DNA of 64,000 nt from an uncultured Planctomycetia bacterium (GTDB taxonomy: Bacteria; Omnitrophota; Gorgyraeia; CAYVEO01): NCBI GenBank assembly GCA_964449965.1, contig CAYVEO010000003.1, positions 1,052 to 65,051 on the forward strand, written 5' to 3'. Shown here piece after piece: positions 1-10,855 of this stretch. The notes below the pieces were generated by a model. That model was not told where the DNA came from. It worked only from the letters and a program-made list of their open reading frames with translations, and searched no databases. Position 1 is the stretch's first letter; the number at the start of each line of letters is the position of its first letter. The translations under genes and the position numbers were made by a program.

Positions 1-5
1 TTATT

Positions 6-929
6 ATGTTTGGTATCTATACCCTTTCCTTTGGCCTTGCCCTCGCATCCATATCCCGCCATTATTATATCTTATTGCTGGCATCAGGTTTGATGGGCAT
101 AGGTGCCGGACTGATTGAGGGCTTGATAAGTGCCCTCATATCAGACCTGTATGCAAAGAAGAGGACAAAGACACTAAATATAACGCAATCATTCTTTAAC
201 ATAGGCGCTATCATAGGCCCTGTAATGGCGGGATATATAATACAGAAAAACATGGGCTGGAGGACGGCGTATCTCGCTACTTCTGTAATGACGCTGGCAA
301 TAGCAATTATATATAGTAGAGTGCCGGTCCCGCCGAATTGTCATGCAGATAAGATAAACGGCACTGTTATACACACTTTGTTTAAGGATAAGACCTTTAT
401 CTTCCTGAATCTTGTAATGTTCTTATACGTAGGTGCAGAAATAGGGACAGCCGCATGGATACCTAACTACCTGAGTGAAGAATATGGATTAAAGGACTCA
501 ACCTGTGGCATTGTCCTGGGGGCGTTCTGGGGGCTGATGATGCTTGGAAGACTTGTCTATAGTCGGGCAATAGAAAAACTCCATGCATTAAGACTCATCT
601 TTATCAGCACAATAGGGGCCCTTATATGTTTGCTTATTAATCTGGTTACCAATATCGCTCCAATATCCATCTTATCCTTTTGCGGTACAGGGCTATTCTT
701 CGCAGGTATATGGCCTACTATCCTGGCATATGCAGGAGAAAAACTTCCCGGATACTCAGGGACCATTTTTGGTATAATCATAGCCTCGGGCGCAGCAGCA
801 TCAGTTATATTCCCATGGCTTATCGGGATAATTGCTAACTACATTGGTTTGAAGAATGGCATGGGTGTTGTGTCTATTCTAATGGCTCTGAACCTCATAG
901 TGTTATGGCGATTGAAAATTAACAAATAA
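6..929 (+). CDS. MFS-type transporter. N-terminal part is probably outside the window; the frame is open to position 1.
   Basis: About 8-9 hydrophobic helices with MFS-like loops (GxLxDRxGRK-like 'DLYAKKRTK'). There is no in-frame stop upstream of the first ATG at 6. Confidence 0.6.
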   Translation: MFGIYTLSFGLALASISRHYYILLLASGLMGIGAGLIEGLISALISDLYAKKRTKTLNITQSFFNIGAIIGPVMAGYIIQKNMGWRTAYLATSVMTLAIAIIYSRVPVPPNCHADKINGTVIHTLFKDKTFIFLNLVMFLYVGAEIGTAAWIPNYLSEEYGLKDSTCGIVLGAFWGLMMLGRLVYSRAIEKLHALRLIFISTIGALICLLINLVTNIAPISILSFCGTGLFFAGIWPTILAYAGEKLPGYSGTIFGIIIASGAAASVIFPWLIGIIANYIGLKNGMGVVSILMALNLIVLWRLKINK

Positions 930-959
930 TAAATTTTTTATTTTTTATTTGACAAATCA

Positions 960-1075
960 AAACCCTCTTGATATAATCCTTATGGTTGTAGCGGTCCGCC
1001 TAAGGCGGACCTGTCAGGGTCGGATGGATCCGACCCCTACGAGTAGGACGGGCGTCTCGCCTGTCAAATAACAAA
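960..1075 (+). repeat. GC-rich palindromic repeat (family 1, diverged copy C) in the 5' leader of the SurA-like gene.
   Basis: Contains 'cggtccgcctaaggcggacc' and 'gtaggacgggcgtctcgcctgtca', which match the cores of copies at 9347-9404, 33619-33676, 25326-25352 and 44418-44450. It is followed by the RBS 'aaaggagg' and the ATG at 1090. Confidence 0.55.
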
Positions 1076-1089
1076 ACAAAGGAGGATGT

Positions 1090-2409
1090 ATGAAAAAGTG
1101 GTCCATCGTATTATTGGGAAGTTTGTCAATGTATTTGCTGTTATCCTGTGCAGGCATAAAGGTTTATTCTGAAGGTTCTGAAGCAGAAGTCAAGGAAAAC
1201 CCGGGTAAAGAAAAGGTGCTCGCTACAGTAAATGGCGTGTCTATATATCAGAAAGACATATTTGGTATAGGCGGCATGCCCCCTGCAGCCTTCCAGCAAG
1301 GGCAGGGAGGAAAAGACTTTAGTCAGGATATACTTAAGAGGGCTATTGACCAGGAACTATTATACCAGGAGGCAAAGAGTCTGGAACTTGACAAAGACCC
1401 CGAATATCAGGAACAACTCAACAGGATGAAACAGTATGAAAAACAATATGAGACCCAGAGATTAGCAAACCTTTTAGAGACCAAGAGGATGTCAGAATCA
1501 AGGGAAAAGTCAAACTACACGCCCTCACAGGAAGAGATAGATAACTATTATGAAGCGAACAAGGATAGATTCTCAAAGATTGCTGAAGACCAGGCAAAGT
1601 CACGAATATCACAGATACTCATAAGCCAGAAGGCAGGAGAAGAATATCAGAAGTGGCTGAAGGAAGTCTTTGCAAAGGCAGATATTAAGGTAAACGGCAG
1701 CCCCATTTCCAAAGAAACCTTAAGTGCAAGTATAGAATCCGACCTTTTATCCACCCCAATGTTTGGGGCACCTATGGCACCAAGAACCGAGAAACCTTCC
1801 AATGTTTTCTTTGAGACTGTTAAGCAGATGATTATTGAACAGTCTGCAAAGGAAAAGGAGGCAGAAAAATCAGAGATAGAAAAGGACCAGGCAAAGGTTA
1901 AGGAACTTTTCCTATCGGCAAAGATGTCTATTAATGATAAGACAGTTCTGTTAGGGGATTATCCCCAGTTGCAAACCTTATTCGTCCAGAATCCACAAGG
2001 TCCCCCTGTGCCTATGTATTATCCTGCCTTACTTATGATAGTAAAGGAAGAACTATTAGCACAGCAGGCTAAGGCTGAAAAGTTAGACCAGGGTGCGGCA
2101 TTTCCAGGCTCACCTTATCCTGTAATGGGAGGGTTGAACCAGGAAAGGATGATGCTGATAAGGAGACTGGAAGAAAAGAGCGGTTTCTATAGCCAGCCCG
2201 CAAGCATCACGGATGAGGAGATTAACCAGTATTACGAAGAGAATAAGGCAAGGTGGGAAAAGATGGGGTTTGAGAAGGCAAAGATGCGTATTAGAAATAT
2301 CCTCATCTCTCAGAAGGCACAAGAAAAAAGAGAAGGATTCTTAGGAAACCTTCGGGCAAAGGCTGATATAAAGATAATGGAGCAAGAAGTCCCGGAAACC
2401 AAAGAATAA
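1090..2409 (+). CDS. Periplasmic lipoprotein, SurA-N/PrsA-like chaperone with an internal duplication and no recognisable PPIase domain.
   Basis: Signal peptide with lipobox 'LLSC'. Two homologous segments are present ('SQEEIDNYYEANKDRFSK...ISQILISQKAGEEYQKWLKEVFAKADIKVNG' and 'TDEEINQYYEENKARWEK...IRNILISQKAQEKREGFLGNLRAKADIKIME'), typical of SurA/PpiD chaperone modules. Confidence 0.45.
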   Translation: MKKWSIVLLGSLSMYLLLSCAGIKVYSEGSEAEVKENPGKEKVLATVNGVSIYQKDIFGIGGMPPAAFQQGQGGKDFSQDILKRAIDQELLYQEAKSLELDKDPEYQEQLNRMKQYEKQYETQRLANLLETKRMSESREKSNYTPSQEEIDNYYEANKDRFSKIAEDQAKSRISQILISQKAGEEYQKWLKEVFAKADIKVNGSPISKETLSASIESDLLSTPMFGAPMAPRTEKPSNVFFETVKQMIIEQSAKEKEAEKSEIEKDQAKVKELFLSAKMSINDKTVLLGDYPQLQTLFVQNPQGPPVPMYYPALLMIVKEELLAQQAKAEKLDQGAAFPGSPYPVMGGLNQERMMLIRRLEEKSGFYSQPASITDEEINQYYEENKARWEKMGFEKAKMRIRNILISQKAQEKREGFLGNLRAKADIKIMEQEVPETKE

Positions 2410-2411
2410 AT

Positions 2412-3845
2412 ATGGCAGAAGTAATAACTACACCAAAAAAAAGCGGGGTGCCTGGAGAAACACAGTTACCCAAATTAGTCAAGGACTACTATGATAAGGG
2501 TCTCTTTGCCTTTAATAAGGCGAACTATGACTATGCAATAGAATTATTCAGTCAGGCACTCGCTTTAAAACATGATTTTGTAGATGCACGGCGCCAGCTC
2601 AGGTTAGCAGAAAAGAAGAGGATTGAAAGACATCCTCCATCCCTGATTAAAAAAAGCCTAATGCAGCTCACAAGTGTCATCCCTCTCGTGATTGCCATGG
2701 CGCTGGATATGCTGGGTAAGAGGATGAAGGCTATAGACAATTATGAGAAGATTCTCAAGACAGACCCTGCTAATATAATCGTCCTGCATCAGATTGCAAA
2801 CCTGTTTATAAAAGAAGGGATGACCGAATCTGCTATTGCCGCCTATGAGGACATCATAGAGGTGGACACCAAAGATATTGGAACGTTCAAAGAACTTGCA
2901 AGACTCTATTCCGAAAAGGGGGATTATAACAGGGCACGATTCTGTTATAACAGTGTCCTCCAGACTCAGCCTGGTGATTCAGATGCAGAGGACGGGCTTA
3001 AAAACATAGATGCCCTGGGCGCCATAAGGAAAGGCAGATGGGATGACCAGACCACCACATACAGGACCAAGATAAAGGACCAGGAGGCATCCCTCAAACT
3101 TGAAAAGGAAGGTAAAAAGGCAAGGACAGAATCTGATATTGAACTATTGATAAAAGATAATGAGGGAAAGTTAAAGACAAACCCAAATGACCCTGTAACG
3201 CTCAGGACACTCGGAGACCTCTACGTGCGGCTCGGGGAGTTAGACAAGGCTACTGAGCGGTATAAGAGGGCTATAGAATTAGACCCGACCAACTATTCCA
3301 TCCAGATCAAACTTTCTGATATTCAGTTTAAGAGATTAGACACCGGTATAAGTGAGAAGGAAGAGGCTCTAAGAAAAACCCCTGATGACATAACATTAAA
3401 GAAAGAACTTGAGGAACTCAAAGAGAATAGAGGAAATTTAGAACTGGATGAGGCAAAAAGAAGGGTAGTCCAGTATCCGAGCGAAACCTCTTATAAATTT
3501 CAATATGGAATACTCCTTGAGAAGAGAGGCAAGAGAGACGAGGCTATAGGTATGTTCCAATTAGCTGTCAATGACCCTGTTTACAGGAACAAGTCCCTCA
3601 ATATGCTGGGACTCTGCTTTCAGCAGAAAAAGATGTTTGACCTGGCAGTGACACAGTTCCAGAAGGCATTGGAAAAAAACACAGACCTGAATGAAGATAC
3701 AAAAGAAATAATCTACAACCTCGGCACAACCTACGAAGAGATGGGCAATCACGAAAAGGCCCATGCAGAATTCAAGAAGATATACGAAGTTGATATAACC
3801 TACCGAGACGTCTCCCAGAAGATAGAAAAAGCATATAAAAAATAA
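2412..3845 (+). CDS. Tetratricopeptide-repeat protein.
   Basis: Multiple TPR-like 34-aa units (e.g. 'AIELFSQALALKHDFVDARRQL', 'YNLGTTYEEMGNHEKAHAEFKKIYEVD'). It follows the upstream gene after a 3-bp gap, suggesting an operon. Confidence 0.6.
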   Translation: MAEVITTPKKSGVPGETQLPKLVKDYYDKGLFAFNKANYDYAIELFSQALALKHDFVDARRQLRLAEKKRIERHPPSLIKKSLMQLTSVIPLVIAMALDMLGKRMKAIDNYEKILKTDPANIIVLHQIANLFIKEGMTESAIAAYEDIIEVDTKDIGTFKELARLYSEKGDYNRARFCYNSVLQTQPGDSDAEDGLKNIDALGAIRKGRWDDQTTTYRTKIKDQEASLKLEKEGKKARTESDIELLIKDNEGKLKTNPNDPVTLRTLGDLYVRLGELDKATERYKRAIELDPTNYSIQIKLSDIQFKRLDTGISEKEEALRKTPDDITLKKELEELKENRGNLELDEAKRRVVQYPSETSYKFQYGILLEKRGKRDEAIGMFQLAVNDPVYRNKSLNMLGLCFQQKKMFDLAVTQFQKALEKNTDLNEDTKEIIYNLGTTYEEMGNHEKAHAEFKKIYEVDITYRDVSQKIEKAYKK

Positions 3846-3849
3846 GAAT

Positions 3850-5184
3850 TTATAATATAGGCAGATACTTATCTAACTCATAATCAGTAATGTGAATACG
3901 GTACCTGTCCCATTCTATCTTCTTATTCTCTATAAAACTGTTGAATATATGGTCACCCAATGCCTTCCGGACAAGTCCGCTCTTCTCAGTCAGAAGGATT
4001 GCGTCGTGCAGATTTCCTGGTAATGTCGCTATCCCTCTCTTCTTGCGTTCCGCTTCGCTCATCTTAAATATATTCTCTTCTACAGGTTCTGGCAATTCAT
4101 ATCCTTTTTCTATTCCTTCAAGCCCTGCAGCCAGCATTACGGCAAATGCAAGATACGGGTTACATGCCGGGTCAGGAGACCTGAACTCAACCCTTGTAGC
4201 ATTCTCTTTTCCTGGTTTATAAACAGGGACTCTGACAAGGTCAGACCTGTTTCGCTCTGCCCATGATAGATATACAGGCGCCTCGTATCCCGGGACCAGC
4301 CTCTTGTATGAATTTACCCACTGATTGGTAATAGAGGTTATCTCAGGTGCATGTTTTAACAAGCCGGCGATATAACATTTACCAACCTTTGACAGGTGAT
4401 AACTGTCATTCTTATCAAAGAAGGCATTCTTGTCTCCCTTAAAAAGGGATTGGTGCGTATGCATGCCGCTGCCATTCTCTCCGAATATGGGTTTTGGCAT
4501 AAACGTAGCATAGACATTGTGCCGGAGTGCTATTTCCTTTACGACCAAACGATAAGTCATGGCATTATCAGCCATGGTAAGCGCATCTGTATATCTCAAG
4601 TCTATTTCATGCTGGGAAGGTGCTACTTCATGGTGGCTGTATTCAACGCCTATACCCATCTCTTCTAATGTCAGGACAGTGTCTCGCCTTAAGTCACTTG
4701 CCACGTCCAAGGGGGTAAGGTCAAAGTATCCGCCCTTGTCAAGGGTTACTGTTGACTTTGAATCCTGGAAATAGAAATATTCAAGTTCAGGCCCCACATA
4801 AAAGGTATAGCCTTTTTCAGCCGCACGTTTGAGATTCTGCTTCAGGATATGCCTTGGGTCACCTTCATAAGGTTCACGATAAGGTGTAAGAATATCACAG
4901 AACATCCTCGCCACTGCATGCTGCTCTCTCGGCCTCCACGGAAGTATCTGAAAGGTATTCGGGTCAGGGAAGGCTATCATGTCGCTTTCATCTATTCTGG
5001 CAAAACCTTCTATAGATGAGCCGTCAAACCCCATCCCTTCTTCCAGCGCCCCTTCCAACTCTTCAATAGTGATTGCAAAACTTTTCAAGAACCCTAATAT
5101 ATCCGTAAACCACAGCCTTACAAATTTTACACCCTTCTCCTTTGCAGTCTTAAGAACGTATTCCTTATCTCTTCCCTTTGCCAT
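3850..5184 (-). CDS. glnA: Glutamine synthetase type I.
   Basis: Motifs 'FDGSSIEGF', 'GPELEYFYF', 'KPIFGENGSGMHTHQSL', 'NSYKRLVPGYEAPVYLSWAERNRS'; 444 aa. Confidence 0.9.
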   Translation of the reverse strand: MAKGRDKEYVLKTAKEKGVKFVRLWFTDILGFLKSFAITIEELEGALEEGMGFDGSSIEGFARIDESDMIAFPDPNTFQILPWRPREQHAVARMFCDILTPYREPYEGDPRHILKQNLKRAAEKGYTFYVGPELEYFYFQDSKSTVTLDKGGYFDLTPLDVASDLRRDTVLTLEEMGIGVEYSHHEVAPSQHEIDLRYTDALTMADNAMTYRLVVKEIALRHNVYATFMPKPIFGENGSGMHTHQSLFKGDKNAFFDKNDSYHLSKVGKCYIAGLLKHAPEITSITNQWVNSYKRLVPGYEAPVYLSWAERNRSDLVRVPVYKPGKENATRVEFRSPDPACNPYLAFAVMLAAGLEGIEKGYELPEPVEENIFKMSEAERKKRGIATLPGNLHDAILLTEKSGLVRKALGDHIFNSFIENKKIEWDRYRIHITDYELDKYLPIL

Positions 5185-5205
5185 TTTATCATACCCCTTT
5201 CTAAT

Positions 5206-5242
5206 TTTTCAATAGCATACCACAAGTATTTGTTTGTGTCAA
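5206..5242 (-). promoter_or_regulatory. σ70-type promoter for glnA (TTGACA-17-TGgTATGCT on the minus strand).
   Basis: Reverse complement of 5206-5242 reads 'TTGACAcaaacaaatacttgtggTATGCT'. The RBS 'aaagggg' and the ATG at 5184 lie about 22 nt downstream. Confidence 0.45.
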
Positions 5243-5249
5243 TAAAATT

Positions 5250-6164
5250 TTATACCCGGGCCATCTTCAAAATTTCCAGCCCTACCCGCAGTGCCTCTCT
5301 GCCATCCTTACCTGATACTACCGGCTGAGTGTCTTTTCTAACACATTCCATAAAGGATTTCAGTTCTGACTTGAGAGGCTCATCCCTTTCAATGTTTATC
5401 TCTTCCCTTACTATCCTGTTCTTGAGTTTTCTGCATAAGGTAGCAGACTGTCTGACGTAGTCAACTGAGACATAGGCATCTTCCTGGAATACCCTGAGTT
5501 TTCTGACAGTATCCTGCGAGACGCGGCTTGCAGTGAGATTACAGACTGTGCCATTTTCAAATATTATACGGGCATTAGTTATGTCCTCATAGTCTGAGAG
5601 GACCTTCATCCCTATTGCATCTAAGCGTTTTATCCTTGAACAGACAAGGTCAAGGACAATGTCTATATCATGAATCATCAGTTCCAGGACAACTCCCACA
5701 TCAGTCCCCCTATTGGGGAAAGGAGAGAGCCTCAGGGCCTCTATAAACCTTGGACCTTTAGAAATCCTTTTCAATGCCTTGATGGCTGCATTAAACCTTT
5801 CTACGTGTCCTACCTGCAGAATTGTTTTCTTCTTGCGTGCGATTTCAAGCAGTTCATCTGCCTCATTTAATGTTCTCGTAATTGGTTTTTCCACCAGAAC
5901 GTCTATGCCATGGGTTAAAAAGTCCTTTGCAATCTTATGATGGAATTGGGTAGGGACAACAACACTTACCGCATCCACCTCATTTAACAAGTCCTTATAG
6001 TCTGAGTAGTATTTTGTAGAACAGAGCCTTGCAACATCTTCTGCACGCTTTTTATCGCAATCACATACCCCTTTTAAAACCACGCCATCCAGCATAGAAT
6101 ATATCTTGGCATGGACCGAGCCTAAATGGCCTACACCTATTACACCAACGCTTATTCTTTTCAA
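5250..6164 (-). CDS. Gfo/Idh/MocA family NAD(P)-dependent oxidoreductase.
   Basis: N-terminal Rossmann motif '[16 protein letters not shown]' and a GFO_IDH_MocA C-terminal-like region. Confidence 0.65.
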   Translation of the reverse strand: MKRISVGVIGVGHLGSVHAKIYSMLDGVVLKGVCDCDKKRAEDVARLCSTKYYSDYKDLLNEVDAVSVVVPTQFHHKIAKDFLTHGIDVLVEKPITRTLNEADELLEIARKKKTILQVGHVERFNAAIKALKRISKGPRFIEALRLSPFPNRGTDVGVVLELMIHDIDIVLDLVCSRIKRLDAIGMKVLSDYEDITNARIIFENGTVCNLTASRVSQDTVRKLRVFQEDAYVSVDYVRQSATLCRKLKNRIVREEINIERDEPLKSELKSFMECVRKDTQPVVSGKDGREALRVGLEILKMARV

Positions 6165-7234
6165 AACCCTATCTCCTTCACTATCAAATCCATCCTGGGA
6201 GAAAGACTAACAGGTTCAGGTGCAGCCTCTATCGCCCTTTCAGTATCTTTTAAACCGTGTCCTGTTAGCACACATACTATTTTCAAGGATTTAGATTTAC
6301 CAGAAGTTTTCTTAAAATATCCCTTCCTGACTAATTTCAATACACCTGCCACAGAGGCGGCAGAGGCTGGTTCAACAAACACCCCTTCTCTGTCTGCCAG
6401 AAGTTTATAGGCGTCCAGAATCTCATTATCATTCACCATGTCAATCAATCCACCTGATTCATCCCTGGCAGACTCTGCCTGTCTCCAACTGGCAGGGTTT
6501 CCTATCCTGATGGCGGTAGCAACTGTCTGTGGTTTTTCTATAATCTCACCCCTCACTATAGGGGCGGCACCTTCAGCCTGAAACCCAAGCATCTTTGGCA
6601 ATGATTTTATCTTTTTCAAATGATAATATTCTTTATACCCTTTCCAATAGGCAGTGATATTACCTGCATTCCCCACAGGAATAGCATGGTAATCAGGGAC
6701 CCCTAACTCATCACATATCTCAAATGCCCCGGTTTTCTGCCCTTCAATCCTGTAAGGATTTATGGAGTTCACAAGGGTAACCGGATATTTCTGTGTAATC
6801 TCCTTTACTAATGTCAGGGCTTCGTCAAAATTCCCTTTGATGGTGATGACCTTTGCACCGTGTATCATCGCCTGTGCTAATTTCCCCTTAGCTATGGCAG
6901 CCTCAGGTACAATGACTATACACCTTATACCTGCCTTAGCCGCATAGGCACTCGCAGAGGCTGAGGTATTACCTGTAGAGGCACACATGATAGCCCGCGA
7001 ACCCTGCTCCAATGCCTTTGAGACAGCCATTGTCATCCCTCTGTCCTTGAACGAACCTGTTGGGTTCATACCATCGTATTTGAGATATACCTCTATACCT
7101 TTTCCAGCCAGTTTACTCAAGGTCTTAGAATAGAGGAGCGGCGTGCCGCCCTCTTTCAACGTAACAATCGGCGTTTTATCTGTTACCGGCAGGAATTCCC
7201 TGTATCTATCTATCAACCCCATCGTTGGCATCAT
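6161..7234 (-). CDS. thrC: Threonine synthase (PLP-dependent).
   Basis: PLP-lysine region '[18 protein letters not shown]' and '[19 protein letters not shown]'. Overlaps hom by 4 bp. Confidence 0.85.
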   Translation of the reverse strand: MMPTMGLIDRYREFLPVTDKTPIVTLKEGGTPLLYSKTLSKLAGKGIEVYLKYDGMNPTGSFKDRGMTMAVSKALEQGSRAIMCASTGNTSASASAYAAKAGIRCIVIVPEAAIAKGKLAQAMIHGAKVITIKGNFDEALTLVKEITQKYPVTLVNSINPYRIEGQKTGAFEICDELGVPDYHAIPVGNAGNITAYWKGYKEYYHLKKIKSLPKMLGFQAEGAAPIVRGEIIEKPQTVATAIRIGNPASWRQAESARDESGGLIDMVNDNEILDAYKLLADREGVFVEPASAASVAGVLKLVRKGYFKKTSGKSKSLKIVCVLTGHGLKDTERAIEAAPEPVSLSPRMDLIVKEIGF

Positions 7235-8535
7235 TCCTCTTTCTCCATCCTTATTACAACGCTCTTTCTCTTCATAATAGGCAAAAGGTCTATCTCCTCT
7301 ATCGCCTGACGAATATTCATTTCATCAGCCTCATGTGTAAGCATGACTATAGGAACTATTCGTTCCTTCATCCTCTCCTTCTGTATGACGCTTGCAATGC
7401 TTATGTTATGTTCGCCTAAAACCTTCGTAATCTGTGCAAATACGCCAGGGCGGTCAATCGCAGAGAACCTGATGTAATATCTCGTCTCTATCTCTTCCAT
7501 TCTCTTTATTCTCTTTATGCTCGCATCATGCACGGGAAAAGGAATCCTCCTCTTTGAATTATGGATTATATTTCTCGCTATATCCACTACGTCGCTAATC
7601 ACAGCGCTGGCAGTAGGCCTCTGTCCCGCGCCCTTCCCATAAAGTAATAGATTGCCTACCATATCGCCTGATATATAGATGGCGTTGAATACCCCGTTCA
7701 CTGAGGATAATAGATGCCCTTTCGGGATGAGGGTAGGATGGACCCTGACCTCTAACTCTTCCCCGACCTTCTTTGCTATAGCGAGCAATTTCAGGACACA
7801 TCCCAATTCATCTGCATATCTTATGTCATTAGGTGAAATATCAAGAATACCCTCTACATGGACATCACTGAGTTTCACGTCTATGCCAAATCCCAATGTC
7901 GCCAGTATTGCTAACTTATGGGCAGAGTCAATCCCTTTTATGTCTAATGAAGGGTCCTTTTCAGCATAGCCTTTCTCCTGTGCCTCTTGTAATGCTACTT
8001 TAAAATCGCAATTCTCATCAGTCATCTTGGTCAGGATATAGTTGGATGTGCCATTTACTATCCCGAATATAGATTGGACGTGATTGGCTATAAGCCCTTC
8101 TCTCAAGGATTTTATTATGGGTATCCCGCCGCCGACACTCGCTTCAAAATAAAGGTCAACATCGTTGTCCAAGGCTGTCTGAAAGAGTTCGCCCTTGCAT
8201 TCTGCCAGGAGTGCCTTATTTGCCGTAATGATATGCTTACCGCTTTGCAATGCCCTTATTATAAACTCCTTTGCAGGATGAATGCCGCCCATTAACTCTA
8301 TAACTATCTTTATATCAGGGTCGTTAATAACCTTGTGGACGTCTGTAGTCAAAAGCCCGGGTTCTACCTCCACATCCCTCGGAGAAATAATGTCCTTGTC
8401 ACAGATAGTTTTAAGCCTGAGTTCAACCCCCACCCTCTTTTCTAAAAAGGATGCTCTTTCTTTTAATGCCTTGACTACACCTGTGCCAATAGTCCCAAAT
8501 CCTATTAGTCCTATGTTTATTGTATTTTTCATCAT
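7231..8535 (-). CDS. hom: Homoserine dehydrogenase with a C-terminal ACT domain.
   Basis: N-terminal '[13 protein letters not shown]', a central HSDH catalytic region and a C-terminal ACT-like segment. Confidence 0.85.
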   Translation of the reverse strand: MMKNTINIGLIGFGTIGTGVVKALKERASFLEKRVGVELRLKTICDKDIISPRDVEVEPGLLTTDVHKVINDPDIKIVIELMGGIHPAKEFIIRALQSGKHIITANKALLAECKGELFQTALDNDVDLYFEASVGGGIPIIKSLREGLIANHVQSIFGIVNGTSNYILTKMTDENCDFKVALQEAQEKGYAEKDPSLDIKGIDSAHKLAILATLGFGIDVKLSDVHVEGILDISPNDIRYADELGCVLKLLAIAKKVGEELEVRVHPTLIPKGHLLSSVNGVFNAIYISGDMVGNLLLYGKGAGQRPTASAVISDVVDIARNIIHNSKRRIPFPVHDASIKRIKRMEEIETRYYIRFSAIDRPGVFAQITKVLGEHNISIASVIQKERMKERIVPIVMLTHEADEMNIRQAIEEIDLLPIMKRKSVVIRMEKEE

Positions 8536-9404
8536 TATCTTTTCCTATTTAATATAAAATCGGCGATGCCTCTCAGGCTATCTGCCTTTTTCCCAAAATT
8601 TCTGAGCTCGTATTTGGCTTCTTCTGTAATTCGGGCTGCTTCGTCCATGGCCCCTTTCGCTCCAAAGTATTGAGCATAACCATCATTGTCAATGACATCA
8701 TCTACAATCTGAAATGCCAGTCCTATGTATTGACCAAATCTAAAGATAGATTTTATCTTTCTATCATCTGCCGTAGTGCCGATAGCCCCTATCTTGACCG
8801 AGGCTGCTATCAATGCACCTGTCTTATGGGTATTGATATATTCAAGGACAGCTAATCCTGTATCATTCTTACCCTTCTCTTCCATATCCACAACCTGTCC
8901 GCCTATCATCCCTGTACTTCCTATAGCCCTTGTAATTTCTCTAATCCTCAATATATTAGTTTCTGAATCTCTTCCCTTAGCCAATAATTGAAAACCTAAG
9001 GTAAGGAGTGCATCACCGGTAAGGATACCGATAGCCTCTCCGAATTTCTTATGGCAGGAGGGTTTACCTCTCCTGTAATCGTCATTGTCCATCGCCGGCA
9101 GGTCATCATGGATAAGTGAGTAGGAATGTATAATCTCTATTGCACAGGCAGATGGCATAACGTCTCCCATATTACCCCCACATGACTGTGAGGAGGCTAT
9201 AGCAAGTATCGCCCTGAGCCTCTTTCCGCCTGAGAAGACAGCGTATCTCATCGCCTTATGAATACTTCTTGGAAATACATCTTCACCAGGCAGATATTTA
9301 TTTAATGCCTCATCTACCCTTTTTTTATTTTCTTCTATATAATCTCTGATGACAGGCGGGACGTCCGCCTTGGCGGACGAGACGCCCGTCCTACTAATTT
9401 TCAT
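8535..9404 (-). CDS. ispA: Farnesyl-diphosphate synthase / geranyltranstransferase. The first ~19 codons are the family-1 repeat, so the true N-terminus is uncertain.
   Basis: Polyprenyl synthase motifs 'LIHDDLPAMDNDDYRRG' (FARM) and 'GLAFQIVDDVID' (SARM). It sits in the classical xseA-xseB-ispA arrangement. Confidence 0.8.
   Translation of the reverse strand: MKISRTGVSSAKADVPPVIRDYIEENKKRVDEALNKYLPGEDVFPRSIHKAMRYAVFSGGKRLRAILAIASSQSCGGNMGDVMPSACAIEIIHSYSLIHDDLPAMDNDDYRRGKPSCHKKFGEAIGILTGDALLTLGFQLLAKGRDSETNILRIREITRAIGSTGMIGGQVVDMEEKGKNDTGLAVLEYINTHKTGALIAASVKIGAIGTTADDRKIKSIFRFGQYIGLAFQIVDDVIDNDGYAQYFGAKGAMDEAARITEEAKYELRNFGKKADSLRGIADFILNRKR
9347..9404 (-). repeat. Family-1 palindromic repeat, copy A (57 nt, includes the ATG).
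   Basis: 'ATGAAAATTAGTAGGACGGGCGTCTCGTCCGCCAAGGCGGACGTCCCGCCTGTCATC' on the minus strand. It is nearly identical to the copy at 33619-33676. Confidence 0.7.
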
Positions 9405-9636
9405 TATTTACCTTCCCTGTATTAAACGGCTCAAGGTCAAATTTACCGTCATCCTTCTTCACCAGAACCTCCACCTTCTTCTTTGCGGCCTCAAGTTCCT
9501 TTGAAAGAATACGGGATAACTTAACCCCCTCTTCATACCTTTTCAATGACTCATCTAATGATAATTCTCCTCCCTCTAACTCAGAGACTATCTTCTCAAG
9601 TTTCTTCAGTGCATCTTCAAACTTCATCTCAGCCAT
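9394..9636 (-). CDS. xseB: Exodeoxyribonuclease VII small subunit.
   Basis: 80-aa helical protein 'FEDALKKLEKIVSELEGGELSLDESLKRYEEGVKL', translationally overlapped with xseA. Confidence 0.8.
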   Translation of the reverse strand: MAEMKFEDALKKLEKIVSELEGGELSLDESLKRYEEGVKLSRILSKELEAAKKKVEVLVKKDDGKFDLEPFNTGKVNNEN

Positions 9637-10855
9637 CTATACTCTCCACCTTTCCTGTAAAAGACCCCTTCCCCAATCTTGTTCGGACAAGGTCTCCTAT
9701 CTTAACGGACTTTGCATCTTTTATCAAAATCTCACCCGGCAATTTCAGCGTGATGCTATATCCCCTTGATAATATCGCGAGCGGACTCAAAGTATCTAAT
9801 TTACCTAATATTGCCTTCAATCGTTCTGTATTTAGTTTAAGAAAATATTCCATCACCTGATGCAGCTCTTCGGTTAAATCATCTATCATCTGTTGATACT
9901 GCTGGACTATGTTTAAAGGGTGTCTCAGGACATAGGTTGACATTAGAGACTCAAATTCCTTTTTCAAAAGATTCACCTTATTTAAAAGTGCAGATTTTAA
10001 CCTTACGTTAAAACCATCTATCCTCATCATTAGGTCTTCTTTCCTGCCTATAACAAGTTCTGCAGCGGCAGAAGGCGTAGGTGCACGTAGGTCAGCCACA
10101 AAATCTGCTATAGTCCAATCTATCTCATGACCTACTGCTGATATGACAGGTATATTTGAATTATAAATTGCCCTCGCTACAATCTCTTCGTTGAATGCCC
10201 ATAAGTCCTCCAGACTGCCGCCGCCCCTGCCTACTATCATTACGTCTATATTCCCAAACGTATTTAAATCCCTTATGGCATTAGATATCTCCTCTCGTGC
10301 CCCTTCACCCTGGACCTTCACAGGGTATATTATGACCTCTACGTTAGAGAACCTCCTGTCAAGGACATTCAGTATGTCCCTTATCGCAGCCCCTGTAGGT
10401 GAGGTCACTATTCCTATCCTTTTCGGCAGGAGAGGCACCGGCTTTTTATGGGCAGGGTCAAACAAACCCTCTTTAGAAAGTTTCGCCTTCAGTTGTTCAA
10501 ATGCCAATTGCAGGGCACCCAGCCCCCTCGGCTCAAGTTTTTCTACGTATAATTGATACTGCCCCTGCTTGTCATAGACGCTTAGTCTTCCAAAGCATAT
10601 CACTGCTGTGCCATCCTTCAATTCAAACTTAAACCTAACAGCCGTATCCTTCCAGACAATGGCACGCAGCTGGCTGGATTCGTCTTTTAAGGTAAAATAG
10701 AGATGACCTGAGGTATGCAATTTATAGTTAGATACCTCACCCTCAACCCATACACGAGGAAAACTATCCTCTAAAATAATCTTGAGCTCTTTAGTTAATT
10801 CACTTACGGTATAGACGTGTTCTTTTACTGCAGTCCATTCCTCTATCTCTGCCAT
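9629..10855 (-). CDS. xseA: Exodeoxyribonuclease VII large subunit.
   Basis: N-terminal OB fold 'VWVEGEVSNYKLHTSGHLYFTLKD' followed by the catalytic and coiled-coil C-terminal region. Confidence 0.85.
   Translation of the reverse strand: MAEIEEWTAVKEHVYTVSELTKELKIILEDSFPRVWVEGEVSNYKLHTSGHLYFTLKDESSQLRAIVWKDTAVRFKFELKDGTAVICFGRLSVYDKQGQYQLYVEKLEPRGLGALQLAFEQLKAKLSKEGLFDPAHKKPVPLLPKRIGIVTSPTGAAIRDILNVLDRRFSNVEVIIYPVKVQGEGAREEISNAIRDLNTFGNIDVMIVGRGGGSLEDLWAFNEEIVARAIYNSNIPVISAVGHEIDWTIADFVADLRAPTPSAAAELVIGRKEDLMMRIDGFNVRLKSALLNKVNLLKKEFESLMSTYVLRHPLNIVQQYQQMIDDLTEELHQVMEYFLKLNTERLKAILGKLDTLSPLAILSRGYSITLKLPGEILIKDAKSVKIGDLVRTRLGKGSFTGKVESIDG

Noticed and set aside
960-1075. GC-rich stem-loops that superficially look like a tRNA or small RNA gene.
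   Set aside because: No T-arm GTTCRANYC or anticodon-arm geometry. The segments match the family-1 palindromic repeat found at four other sites.
3941-5215. Several 70-90-aa plus-strand ORFs inside glnA.
   Set aside because: They are antisense to a well-supported glutamine synthetase gene. Typical shadow ORFs.
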